Assembly: GCA_964399305.1 (NCBI GenBank)
Contig: CAYNQJ010000001.1
Coordinates: 36,415 to 100,414, forward strand
DNA from: an uncultured Luteolibacter sp.
GTDB taxonomy: Bacteria > Verrucomicrobiota > Verrucomicrobiia > Verrucomicrobiales > Akkermansiaceae
DNA: 64,000 nt
Reading direction: 5' to 3'
Positions 49,977 to 58,280 of the stretch are shown piece by piece (positions within the stretch are counted from its first letter, which is position 1; each line of letters opens with the position of its first letter). Position numbers and translations under genes: made by a program. A model generated the notes under the pieces. The model worked only from the letters and a program-made list of their open reading frames with translations, was not told the origin of the DNA and did not search any database.

Positions 49977-50181
49977 GCACGCCAAGGGAAGAGGGGCGAC
50001 AACATGTCGCCCACACTCAGCCGACAGGATGTCGGCGCTCCTGAGGTCCTGAGATTGGGAGCGCGTTCATTCTGAACGCTGCCTGCGGCGGACATCCTGT
50101 CCGCTAATGGAAGAGCACGCCAAGGGAAGAGGGGCGACAACATGTCGCCCACACTCAGCCGACAGGATGTCGGCGCTCCTG
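49977..50181. repeat. BIME-like cluster: two 67-bp direct repeats plus GGAG-type REP hairpins
   Basis: 49977-50043 identical to 50115-50181; hairpins gccgacaggatgtcggc-gctcc, ggagc-gcgttcattctgaacgc and gcggacatcctgtccgc; between convergent cimA and desaturase. Confidence 0.9.
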
Positions 50182-50207
50182 CAGTCATGTGCCCGGCCAG
50201 AATGGCA

Positions 50208-51332
50208 TCACGCGGTGATGGATGCTGCCATGCGGGAGATCTCGCGCATCATCGAGCGTGTTTCGCTCTGCCAGTGTGCCAGCGCTTCGCGTGAGAGCTG
50301 GACGCGGTTGGCGACGGCTTTTTCCAATTCGTGGTAATTGGCGGTCATCCGTTCGACCAGTTCGTGGATCGCTTCGCTGACGCGATGGGCCGGTGCGTGT
50401 GAGTGTTCGCGGACCTCGGCGAGGTGTTTTTCCGCCTTGAGCCGGGCCTCGCGCATTTCGGCGAGGAGTATCTTGCTGTCCGGCACGCGGCGCAGACCCT
50501 CGACCAAGCCGAGTTTGGACAGCGTCCAGATCGTCCATTTCGACGGGTCCCACTGCCATGGTTTCACACCGTTGCGGTAGTCGTGTTGGAACTCGTGGTG
50601 GTAGTTGTGGTAACCCTCGCCGAAGGTCAGGAAAGCCATGATCGCGCTGTCGCGGGCACTGTGGTCGGAGGAATACGGCTGACGGCCAACCGTGTGGCAG
50701 AGCGAGTTGATGAAGAACGTGCAATGCTGGGCGACCACGATGCGGGCAACTCCGGCGATGAGGAATCCACCGAGCGCGCCGGTCCATGGGTTCATGCCAT
50801 GGAAATGGTTCCATGCGTAGCCGAGGATGGACGGGATGATCAGTCCGACGACCAGTCCGATCCAGTGGACATACTTGTGTTGCCACATGACCAGCTTGTC
50901 CTTGCGCAGGTCGTTCACATTGTCCATCGGCGGTTCCGGGTTGAGCTTGAACATCAGCCAGCCGATGTGCGCCCACATGAAGCCTTTGGAAATGTCGTAG
51001 GGGTCCTCGTCGTGATCGACGTGCTTGTGATGGCGGCGGTGGTCGGACGCCCAGTCGAGGCAGGAGTTTTCAAACGCGCAGGCACCGAAGACCAGGGTAA
51101 AGAGCCGGACCGGAGTTTTGGCCTTGAACGAGAGGTGGGAAAACAGCCGGTGGTAGCCGACGGTGATACTCATCATGGTGGCCACCAGATAGAAGAAGAA
51201 CATGCCGAACTGGAACCAGTCGAGGCCATGATGGTAGAGATAGATCGGGAGGCCGACGATGGCGGTCAGGGCGGTGCCGATAAGGAATGAGCTGGTGATC
51301 CAGTTCACCCGGTCGAAGGGAATGCGGTACAT
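50208..51332 (-). CDS. Delta-9 acyl-CoA/acyl-lipid fatty acid desaturase
   Basis: His boxes GYHRLFSH, HRRHH, GEGYHNYHH; INSLCH; DYRNG..WDPSKW. Confidence 0.94.
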   Translation of the reverse strand: MYRIPFDRVNWITSSFLIGTALTAIVGLPIYLYHHGLDWFQFGMFFFYLVATMMSITVGYHRLFSHLSFKAKTPVRLFTLVFGACAFENSCLDWASDHRRHHKHVDHDEDPYDISKGFMWAHIGWLMFKLNPEPPMDNVNDLRKDKLVMWQHKYVHWIGLVVGLIIPSILGYAWNHFHGMNPWTGALGGFLIAGVARIVVAQHCTFFINSLCHTVGRQPYSSDHSARDSAIMAFLTFGEGYHNYHHEFQHDYRNGVKPWQWDPSKWTIWTLSKLGLVEGLRRVPDSKILLAEMREARLKAEKHLAEVREHSHAPAHRVSEAIHELVERMTANYHELEKAVANRVQLSREALAHWQSETRSMMREISRMAASITA

Positions 51333-51557
51333 AATCAGGGAGGCGGTGGTCTGTGGGATTGGTTTCGGGCTGCGGCCACTGGCTTGTTGGTGGGGGGCAG
51401 GCTGCCGGGCAGCGCCGCATGGTTACCCCATGATTCTTTGCCGCGCAACCATCCTTTTCCCAAAATCCCCGGGTTCTGTCTTGACAAATGGGGGGGAATC
51501 CTTGATTACCCCGGCCCCGACACCAACCGGAACCATCCAACCAACCAAAATCATCGC

Positions 51558-51791
51558 ATGCGTGGAGTGATCATGAAGAAAGGCGAGCCCGTTGACCGTG
51601 CTCTCAAACGTCTCAAAACCAAGCTTGATTCCGAAGGAATCCTCGAAGAGATGCGCCGCCGCCGCGCATTCGAAACCCCCACCGAGCGCAAGCAGCGCAA
51701 ACTCCGTTCCGCCTCGAAGCGCAACAAGATCCGCTGGCGTTTCTCCAGCGGTCCCGCCGCCACCACCGAAACCACCGAGTCCGCCGATTGA
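51558..51791 (+). CDS. rpsU: 30S ribosomal protein S21
   Basis: GEPVDRALKRLK...GILEEMRRRRAFETPTERK; TTGACA at 51481 upstream. Confidence 0.92.
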   Translation: MRGVIMKKGEPVDRALKRLKTKLDSEGILEEMRRRRAFETPTERKQRKLRSASKRNKIRWRFSSGPAATTETTESAD

Positions 51792-51821
51792 GTTTTTCCG
51801 GTTCCGGAATCTGGTGTTGAG

Positions 51822-51853
51822 ACGGGTGCCTGAAAAGCACCCGTTTTTGTTTT
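51822..51853 (+). terminator. Intrinsic terminator after rpsU
   Basis: ACGGGTGC-CTGAAAA-GCACCCGT hairpin followed by TTTTGTTTT. Confidence 0.75.
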
Positions 51854-51875
51854 TCCAGAGCTGTTTTCGAATGCG

Positions 51876-52451
51876 ATGAGCGCCCCCACCACACCGCCGC
51901 GTCCGACCCAACTCGCTCATGTGCTGTTGCGGGAGGTTATTCGTCCCGGTGATGTGGTGATCGATGCCACGGCAGGCAACGGGCACGACACCTTGTTTCT
52001 CGCGGAGTGCGTGGGGGATTCCGGCCGGGTATTGGCGTTCGATGTGCAGCAGTCGGCGATCGATGGCAGTCGGCAGCGGTTGGGTGATGCCGGATGGTTA
52101 GGCCGGGTGGATTTCCTTCTGAAGAGTCATGCCTTGCTGCATGAAGATGCCGCCCCGGAAAGTGTGACAGCCGTGATGTTCAATCTCGGATATCTGCCGG
52201 GTGGGGAGCACGGGCAGACGACCAAGGCGGCGGAAACGCTCACTGCCATCGAATCTGCGGCAGGGGTTCTCAAACCCGGCGGGGTGATGACGGTGATTTG
52301 TTATCCCGGACATGAGGCGGGAGCTGAGGAAACCCGTGCGGTGGAAACACATCTCTCATCACTGCCGGAAACAGGATGGAAGGTGGCGCGTTATCAAATG
52401 ATTGGCACACGAAATCCGGCCCCTTGCCTGTGGGTCGTCGCCAAGTCTTGA
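51876..52451 (+). CDS. Class I SAM methyltransferase, YtqB/MnmM-like
   Basis: VIDATAGNGHDT.FLA, FDVQ, MFNLGYLPGG, YPGH..G.EE. Confidence 0.88.
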   Translation: MSAPTTPPRPTQLAHVLLREVIRPGDVVIDATAGNGHDTLFLAECVGDSGRVLAFDVQQSAIDGSRQRLGDAGWLGRVDFLLKSHALLHEDAAPESVTAVMFNLGYLPGGEHGQTTKAAETLTAIESAAGVLKPGGVMTVICYPGHEAGAEETRAVETHLSSLPETGWKVARYQMIGTRNPAPCLWVVAKS

Positions 52452-52460
52452 GACCCACGC

Positions 52461-53255
52461 TCAGAGGGGTTCCGCCCGTCTGCGGCGTTTTTCGAAGAGC
52501 TGGGTTTCACGGTAGCCTGCGGCTTTAGCGACTTCGATGGCGCGCGGAAAATCGCGGCTGATTTCCGCAGGAGCGTGCGCGTCCGATGAGATCACCAGCG
52601 GGATGCCTGCCGAGCACGCGAGTTCCAGAAACCCGGGTGCCGGGTAGGCTTCCGCGCACGGTTTGTGCCAGCCGGCGGTGTTCAGTTCGATCGTGCAGCC
52701 GGTTGCGGCGATGGCATCGATCGCAGGCGCGTAGTAGCGGCTCAGGTCGCCTTCCGGGATTCGTGCGAATTTTTTCACCAGGTCCGGATGGCCCATGATG
52801 TCGAACAAGCCGCTTTCCGCCATTTGGGCGTAGGTATCCCAGTAATGTTTCCAGACGGCATCCACATCGGATTCCGCCCAGCGGCCGAGCCACTTCGGGT
52901 TGTCAAAATCCCAGTCGCCGAGGTAGTGGACCGAGCCAATCAGGTAGTCCCAGTCATGGCGTTTCGCGAGTTCGGAGATCCAGGGTTCACAGCCTGGCAG
53001 CCAATCGCATTCGAGCGAGCTGCGGATCGGGATGCGCCCGGCGGCATGGGCACGCGCGCGGGCGATCCAATCAAAGTATTGCGGGAGTTCCTCCTCCAGC
53101 ATCCGCCAGTCATCAAATGGCTCCGGGCGCTGTGGGGCGTGGTCTGAGATGCCGTATTCGGTCAATCCTGCGGCAATCGCCGCATCCACAAACCGTTCGG
53201 GTTCGCCCTCCGCATGGCGGCAAAGCGGTGTGTGTGTGTGATAGTCGGCAGGCAT
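52461..53255 (-). CDS. PHP-family histidinol-phosphatase (HisJ-like)
   Basis: DYHTHT..C.HA, ISDH, DYLIGSVH, GHPDL, ELNTAG, SSDAH. Confidence 0.92.
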   Translation of the reverse strand: MPADYHTHTPLCRHAEGEPERFVDAAIAAGLTEYGISDHAPQRPEPFDDWRMLEEELPQYFDWIARARAHAAGRIPIRSSLECDWLPGCEPWISELAKRHDWDYLIGSVHYLGDWDFDNPKWLGRWAESDVDAVWKHYWDTYAQMAESGLFDIMGHPDLVKKFARIPEGDLSRYYAPAIDAIAATGCTIELNTAGWHKPCAEAYPAPGFLELACSAGIPLVISSDAHAPAEISRDFPRAIEVAKAAGYRETQLFEKRRRRAEPL

Positions 53256-53335
53256 GAAACGCGCGATGAATCCGGTTGAATGGCGCGTGCAAGTCATACT
53301 AGACTGTGCCTGCGGTGCAAGCGCCGTTGCCTTCC

Positions 53336-54421
53336 ATGACCGAGATTCCGCCACCTTCCACCATTCCGGACCGCCCCGCCAACGATGTGGTCGCCCATTT
53401 GCTGGGGCAACTCCGCAGGCACCCGAAGCGGGTGGTTTTCACAGAAGGTGAGGATGTCCGTGTGATCGAGGCCGCCGCTCGTCTGGTCAAGGAGGAGGCC
53501 GTGGCACCGATCCTGTTGGGCGACCGCGACCGGATCCGTGCGTTGGCGGCCGACCACGGACATTCTCTCAAGTTCATCCACATCATCAACCCGCCCCAGG
53601 CGTCGGATTTCGACCTGTTCTGCAAACGGGTGGAAAACATGGACCGCTACCGCAGCCGACAGCTCGGGGTGCCGGCGGAGATTGTGGCGCGCCCGCATTA
53701 CTTCGGTGCACTGATGGTCCAATACGGACAGGCGGATGCGATAGTCGGGGGCAATCAGGCGACGCCCGCCGCTTACTTCAGGGCATTGCTGCACACGATC
53801 AAGCCGTTGCCCGAGGTTCCGAAAATCTTTGGTGTGTGCCTGGTACTGGGGGCACATTTGCAACACCTTGGACAATCCGGATTGCTTCTGCTTGCGGATT
53901 GCGGGCTGATTCCCAACCCGGGCGTGAAGGAGCTGTCAGCCGTCGCGCTTGAGACCGGCAAGCTGGCCCATCACTTTTTGGGGCGCAAGCCGCTGGTGGC
54001 GATGTTGAGCCACTCGACCAAAGGCAGCGCCGGCAACCCGGACGCACAACGGATGGCCGCCGCCGCCGCTCTCGCCAACTCCGAGGCTGCGAGGCAGTTC
54101 CTTGAGATCGAGGTTGAAGGCGAGCTTCAGGCGGATGTGGCGCTCGATCCTGCGGCTGCGGAAGTCAAGATACCCGGAGCCGCCTTGCGTCCCACCGCGG
54201 ACGTTCTGGTTTTCCCGAACCTGGATGCGGCCCACATATCGTTGAAACTGTTGCAACACGTGGCTGGTGCCCAGGTGTATGGTCAACTGGTCATGGGTCT
54301 CTCCCGCCCTGCGGCCCAGATCCCGCGGACGGCGAGCGTCCAAACCATTTTCGGCACGGCGATTGCGATTGCGGTGGAGGCCATCAAGTTCCACCAGCTT
54401 TATCCCGACGGCGAGGTCTAG
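53336..54421 (+). CDS. Phosphate acetyltransferase (PTA_PTB) family protein with altered catalytic motif
   Basis: KRVVFTEGED.RV, ADCG..PNP, VAMLSHST.GS, EGELQAD, VLVFPNL; C-terminal QIPRTASVQTI instead of DLSRG.S..DI. Confidence 0.85.
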   Translation: MTEIPPPSTIPDRPANDVVAHLLGQLRRHPKRVVFTEGEDVRVIEAAARLVKEEAVAPILLGDRDRIRALAADHGHSLKFIHIINPPQASDFDLFCKRVENMDRYRSRQLGVPAEIVARPHYFGALMVQYGQADAIVGGNQATPAAYFRALLHTIKPLPEVPKIFGVCLVLGAHLQHLGQSGLLLLADCGLIPNPGVKELSAVALETGKLAHHFLGRKPLVAMLSHSTKGSAGNPDAQRMAAAAALANSEAARQFLEIEVEGELQADVALDPAAAEVKIPGAALRPTADVLVFPNLDAAHISLKLLQHVAGAQVYGQLVMGLSRPAAQIPRTASVQTIFGTAIAIAVEAIKFHQLYPDGEV

Positions 54422-54437
54422 GTCCGTCGCCGCCCGG

Positions 54438-55016
54438 TTAGAAACCGGTATAGCGATCGCGGGCCGGCATCTGGAAATCCCCGCCGGTGGCGAACAGGAG
54501 CGTGGCGAACGTCATTCCATCCGCATCCACCGCCACACCAACCCCGATGTGTGTCCACTCCTTGTTGCGGATGGCAGAGTGGTGCTGCGCTGAGTGTTTC
54601 CATGCGCTCAGGAAATTCGCCGACGTCTGCTGGCTGGAGCTCGACTTGGGCATGGCGGCGACGCATTCGCTGGTGCTGTTGAATTGATACTGGCGCATGG
54701 CCACGGTCGACCTCCCTTCGGATCCAATGTGGCTGACGTTGGTCCCTTGCAAACTGAACTGGCCACGATGCGACCGCAGATACTGGCTGTGGGAGCGTGC
54801 GAGCTGGTCCAGGCCGGAATGCCTCTGCAAAACCCGGACCCCGATGCTGGAACGGTAGGTGTTGATTTGTCCGGTGATGCCATTGGCGATGTTCGCGGCC
54901 TCTGCCGCATCCGGTCCGGTGTGGGTGGTGGGCGACGCGCATGACGAGATGCCGATCAAAGCCGTTAACAAGGTCATGAGGCAGAGAATGGATTTGCTGG
55001 ACTCCAGCATTTTCAT
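54438..55016 (-). CDS. CAP/SCP domain lipoprotein
   Basis: Lipobox-like ISSC, INTYR, LDQLARSHS, WKHSAQH..AI...WTHIGVGV. Confidence 0.82.
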   Translation of the reverse strand: MKMLESSKSILCLMTLLTALIGISSCASPTTHTGPDAAEAANIANGITGQINTYRSSIGVRVLQRHSGLDQLARSHSQYLRSHRGQFSLQGTNVSHIGSEGRSTVAMRQYQFNSTSECVAAMPKSSSSQQTSANFLSAWKHSAQHHSAIRNKEWTHIGVGVAVDADGMTFATLLFATGGDFQMPARDRYTGF

Positions 55017-55082
55017 GATGGGAGCACTATGCCAGCAATTGCAGGAATCACAAAATCAAATTCGAAGCGAATTCGCGCCCAT

Positions 55083-55838
55083 TCAATCGGCCAGCCTGAT
55101 CTCGAAGACCGACGGCCAGTATTTTCCCGTGATCCACAGATGCCCGGTGGCCGGGTCGTGTGCGATGCCGTTGAGCGCCTCGGCACGGTTCGGAGACGGC
55201 AGTTGGCGGCGCAGCGGGGAAAGGTCGAGCCAGCCGGTGACCTTGCCGGATTCCGGCGAGATGCGGACGATCTCGTGGGTCATGTAGACATTGGCGAAGA
55301 TTTCACCGTTCACCATTTCCAGCTCGTTGAGCCGTTCCAGCGGGCGGCCGTTGCGGGTCACTTCGAGAGTCCGCCTGACCGAAAAATCCTTGGGATCGAT
55401 GAATTTGAGCGTGCTGGTGCCGTCGCTCATGATCAATTGGCTTCCGTCATGGGTAAGCCCCCAGCCCTCGCCCTCGAAATGGTGGGAGCGGATGAAACGG
55501 AAGGTGTCGGGCTCGAGCACATGGGCGATGTTCTCCTTCCATGTAAGCACCCACAGTTCACCGTTCAGGACGGTGATGCCTTCGGCGAAGATTTTCGCCG
55601 CCATCGGCCGTTTGCGAAGCACCTTGCCGGTAGTGGGATCGGTTTCACGGATGTTGGATTGTCCGTATTTTCCGCTGCTTTCCAGCATCCGGGATTTATG
55701 AAACTCAAGCCCCTGCGTGAAACTTTCCGGATCGTGTGAATGTGTGGCGACCACCTGGTATTCCAACTTTTCCGGTGCCTTGTCGCAGGCGGCAAGCAGG
55801 AACATGAGGCATGAAACCAGCAGGTGACGGGATGGCAT
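55083..55838 (-). CDS. Glutaminyl-peptide cyclotransferase (bacterial/plant type), lipoprotein
   Basis: LLAAC, HDPESFTQGLE, FAEGI, LTWK, EGWGLT, MSDG, LNELE, LNGIA, TGKYW. Confidence 0.93.
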   Translation of the reverse strand: MPSRHLLVSCLMFLLAACDKAPEKLEYQVVATHSHDPESFTQGLEFHKSRMLESSGKYGQSNIRETDPTTGKVLRKRPMAAKIFAEGITVLNGELWVLTWKENIAHVLEPDTFRFIRSHHFEGEGWGLTHDGSQLIMSDGTSTLKFIDPKDFSVRRTLEVTRNGRPLERLNELEMVNGEIFANVYMTHEIVRISPESGKVTGWLDLSPLRRQLPSPNRAEALNGIAHDPATGHLWITGKYWPSVFEIRLAD

Positions 55839-55860
55839 GATCAGGTCGGCGGTTTTCAAA

Positions 55861-57207
55861 TCAATCGGCGGGTTGTGGATTCGCGGCATGTTTCCAGCAC
55901 TCGATGAAGCCTGATGCGAAGTCCTCCGGCCTGGATTGGATCCAGGATTCCAGTTCGGCCATCGGAAACCATGCGGCAGCCTGTACCTCGGCGGCAGGAT
56001 AGCGCAGCGGCCCATGGTAATGCGCGCGATACAGCCGGACATGTTCCCAGCCGGTTTCCGGGCATGCGGCGATCCGGGCGATTTCCTCTGGTGCCTCATC
56101 CGCCCGGATGCCCATTTCCTCCTCAAGTTCGCGCACGGCCGCCGCCGCATAATCCTCGCCCGCATCGAGATGGCCGGAAACGCTGGAATCCCACACGCCC
56201 GGATGCGCATCCTTGAACATGGAACGCTGCTGCAACAACAGATCGCCGCGTTTGTTATGGACAAAAACATGCACCGCCCGGTGGAGCAGGCCACTGGCAT
56301 GGACCACACCGCGGGTTTCCCGGCCAACCACCTGATCGGCCTCATCCACCACGTCGAAAATCTCGCCGGACTTCTGTGGCAGGTCCTTGAGCGGGTGGGG
56401 ATCATACTGCCGGGTCACTTCCACCCACTGGGCAAGTGTCAACTCCTCTGCGCGAACCGTTGCCGGGACTCCAAGCGTGGAGGCCACCTCATCCCATGCG
56501 ACGCCTTCAGGCAGTTGTTTTTTCAGTTGCTTCCGCCGCTGGGCGAAACCCCGGCGGATCAATTCATCAAACAGACGATGATCGAATGCCGGAAGCCCGT
56601 CCGTGCGTGGTCGCAGGATTGCCACGCTGGAATCGATCGCAGGGCGCGGATAAAAGGCCTCGGGCGGCACCGTGCGTTGCGGCTCAACTTCCCAGTCCGA
56701 TTGGATGCGCAGTGATAGAATGCCGTAATCCTTGGTGCCGGGCGTCGCGGCAAGCCGCTGGATCACCTCCTTCTGCAGCATCACCACCGCCCGCTCGAAC
56801 GGGTGCGGACGGGCCAGCATGTTTTTCAAAATCGCACCGCCGCAGGAGTAGGGGAGATTGCCGAGAAACTTGACCGGGCGGTGCTTGAACAGCACGCGAC
56901 GATCGAACTTCGCGCCATCCGCGTGACGAACCTCCACACCGGGATCATCCCGGAACCGCTCGGCAAGCGCCGCCGCGAGACGCGCGTCGAACTCGATCAA
57001 GATCAGATGTTTCACCCGGCCTGCCAGATGTTCGCTCAGTGCGCCCGTTCCCGGGCCGACTTCCACAATCGTCTCATGAGGCTGCGCGTCGAGCTGCGAG
57101 ACGATCCAGCGGGCCATGTTCGGGTCGATCAGGAAGTTTTGGCCGAGTTGCTTGCTTGGCAGCACCCCCGCACGATCCAGCGTTTCCTTGATTTCCCGAC
57201 CCGTCAT
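55861..57207 (-). CDS. rsmA: 16S rRNA m6,6A dimethyltransferase RsmA/KsgA fused to a C-terminal NUDIX hydrolase
   Basis: LGQNFLID, VEVGPGTG, GNLPY, FYPRP.IDS, FAQRRKQL; then Nudix box GHLDAGEDYAAAAVRELEEEMGI. Confidence 0.94.
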   Translation of the reverse strand: MTGREIKETLDRAGVLPSKQLGQNFLIDPNMARWIVSQLDAQPHETIVEVGPGTGALSEHLAGRVKHLILIEFDARLAAALAERFRDDPGVEVRHADGAKFDRRVLFKHRPVKFLGNLPYSCGGAILKNMLARPHPFERAVVMLQKEVIQRLAATPGTKDYGILSLRIQSDWEVEPQRTVPPEAFYPRPAIDSSVAILRPRTDGLPAFDHRLFDELIRRGFAQRRKQLKKQLPEGVAWDEVASTLGVPATVRAEELTLAQWVEVTRQYDPHPLKDLPQKSGEIFDVVDEADQVVGRETRGVVHASGLLHRAVHVFVHNKRGDLLLQQRSMFKDAHPGVWDSSVSGHLDAGEDYAAAAVRELEEEMGIRADEAPEEIARIAACPETGWEHVRLYRAHYHGPLRYPAAEVQAAAWFPMAELESWIQSRPEDFASGFIECWKHAANPQPAD

Positions 57208-57357
57208 GTCCGGATTTCATGACCCATGGGCGGACATCATGCAACCCCAAGGATTTCTACGGATCAAAATCGCCCCCGCCTGGATTGCGAGCCCTGTGAA
57301 TCAATGAAGAAATCGATTGCCAAGCGCCCACCGCCCCCCTAAGTTCCGCGCCTCCAA

Positions 57358-57444
57358 GGGCAGGTGTCAGAGTGGTCGAATGAGCACGCTTGGAAAGCGT
57401 GTGTGGCAGAAATGTCACCGAGGGTTCGAATCCCTCCCTGTCCG
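57358..57444 (+). tRNA. tRNA-Ser (anticodon GGA)
   Basis: Acceptor GGGCAGG/CCTGTCC+G, anticodon arm CACGC-TTGGAAA-GCGTG, long variable arm, T arm GAGGG-TTCGAAT-CCCTC; CCA not encoded. Confidence 0.96.
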
Positions 57445-57764
57445 TTTCGACCCCACCCCCGTACGCGGGGGTGGGGTCGAAACGTTTAAAGGGCGGGGGA
57501 TGAGAACCCGAGCAGAGGGTTTGAACGCAGGAGCGAGCATCGCGAGCCATCACAGCAATCGCGAAGCGCAAGTCGGCATGGCCGCAGGCAATCCCTCCCT
57601 GTCCGTTTCGACCCCACCCCCGTACGCGGGGGTGGGGTCGAAACGTTTAAAGGGCGGGGGATGAGAACCCGAGCAGAGGGTTTGAACGCAGGAGCGAGCA
57701 TCGCGAGCCATCACAGCAATCGCGAAGCGCAAGTCGGCATGGCCGCAGGCAATCCCTCCCTGTC
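57429..57764 (+). repeat. tRNA-linked tandem repeat, 161-bp period, two units
   Basis: aatccctccctgtc recurs at 57429, 57590 and 57751; the intervening units are identical by eye, each with a 19-bp perfect hairpin. Confidence 0.95.
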
Positions 57765-57926
57765 GGTGGATGGAGGTTCTTGGATCGGCGCCGCAGGCGG
57801 TAGCGCCCTCTCGCCGAGAGGGGGCAGGCCAAAGGGATGCCGGGTCAGGCATTTGCGGGCAGTGGTGGAAAACGGAGCCTGGACGTGCCAATTCCATGTT
57901 CAGGCCAAAGGCCACAACCCACTATC

Positions 57927-57954
57927 CCGCTAAGCCGCTAAGCCGCTAAGCCGC
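57927..57954 (+). repeat. Octamer tandem repeat (CCGCTAAG) x3.5
   Basis: ccgctaag ccgctaag ccgctaag ccgc. Confidence 0.85.
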
Positions 57955-57972
57955 AACCATGCAGTGGGAAAT

Positions 57973-58094
57973 GTGGCACGGGCGTCCCGCCCGTATGCCG
58001 GTGCAGAAGATTTCCATATCGCAGGGAGCTGGATTCATCATCCATGGTTGTCGGAAACCATGAAAATTGGCGGCGGGCCGGACACCCGCGCCAC
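57973..58094. repeat. Inverted pair of family B REP-like palindromes (REPIN-like doublet)
   Basis: gtggcacgggcgtcccgcccgt at 57973 and cgggccggacacccgcgccac ending 58094 (reverse complement GTGGCGCGGGTGTCCGGCCCG). Confidence 0.7.
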
Positions 58095-58280
58095 GATTGT
58101 CCAAGCCTGCTGCGCTCGTCTATCCCCAGAATATCGATTTGCCTGTGAATTCCGTGTCAACCGTCACCCATCCAGCTGAGCCATCGTCAGCAAAGGGTCG
58201 TGCGCTTTGCGAACGATCATCTGGCGGATCTAACATAAAACTCCCATTTTCCCATTTCAGCTTTTCAGCTTTGACCCCGC

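Noticed and set aside
53228-53240. (GT)n microsatellite near the start of the PHP gene as a phase-variation tract
   Set aside because: It encodes the conserved HTHT metal-binding motif on the minus strand
57429-57764. Regularly spaced repeats as a possible CRISPR array
   Set aside because: Intervening sequences are identical rather than unique spacers, the period is 161 bp, and no cas genes are present
57429-57766. Duplicated tRNA 3' end as attL/attR of a prophage or ICE
   Set aside because: Copies are only 161 bp apart and no integrase or phage genes are in the window
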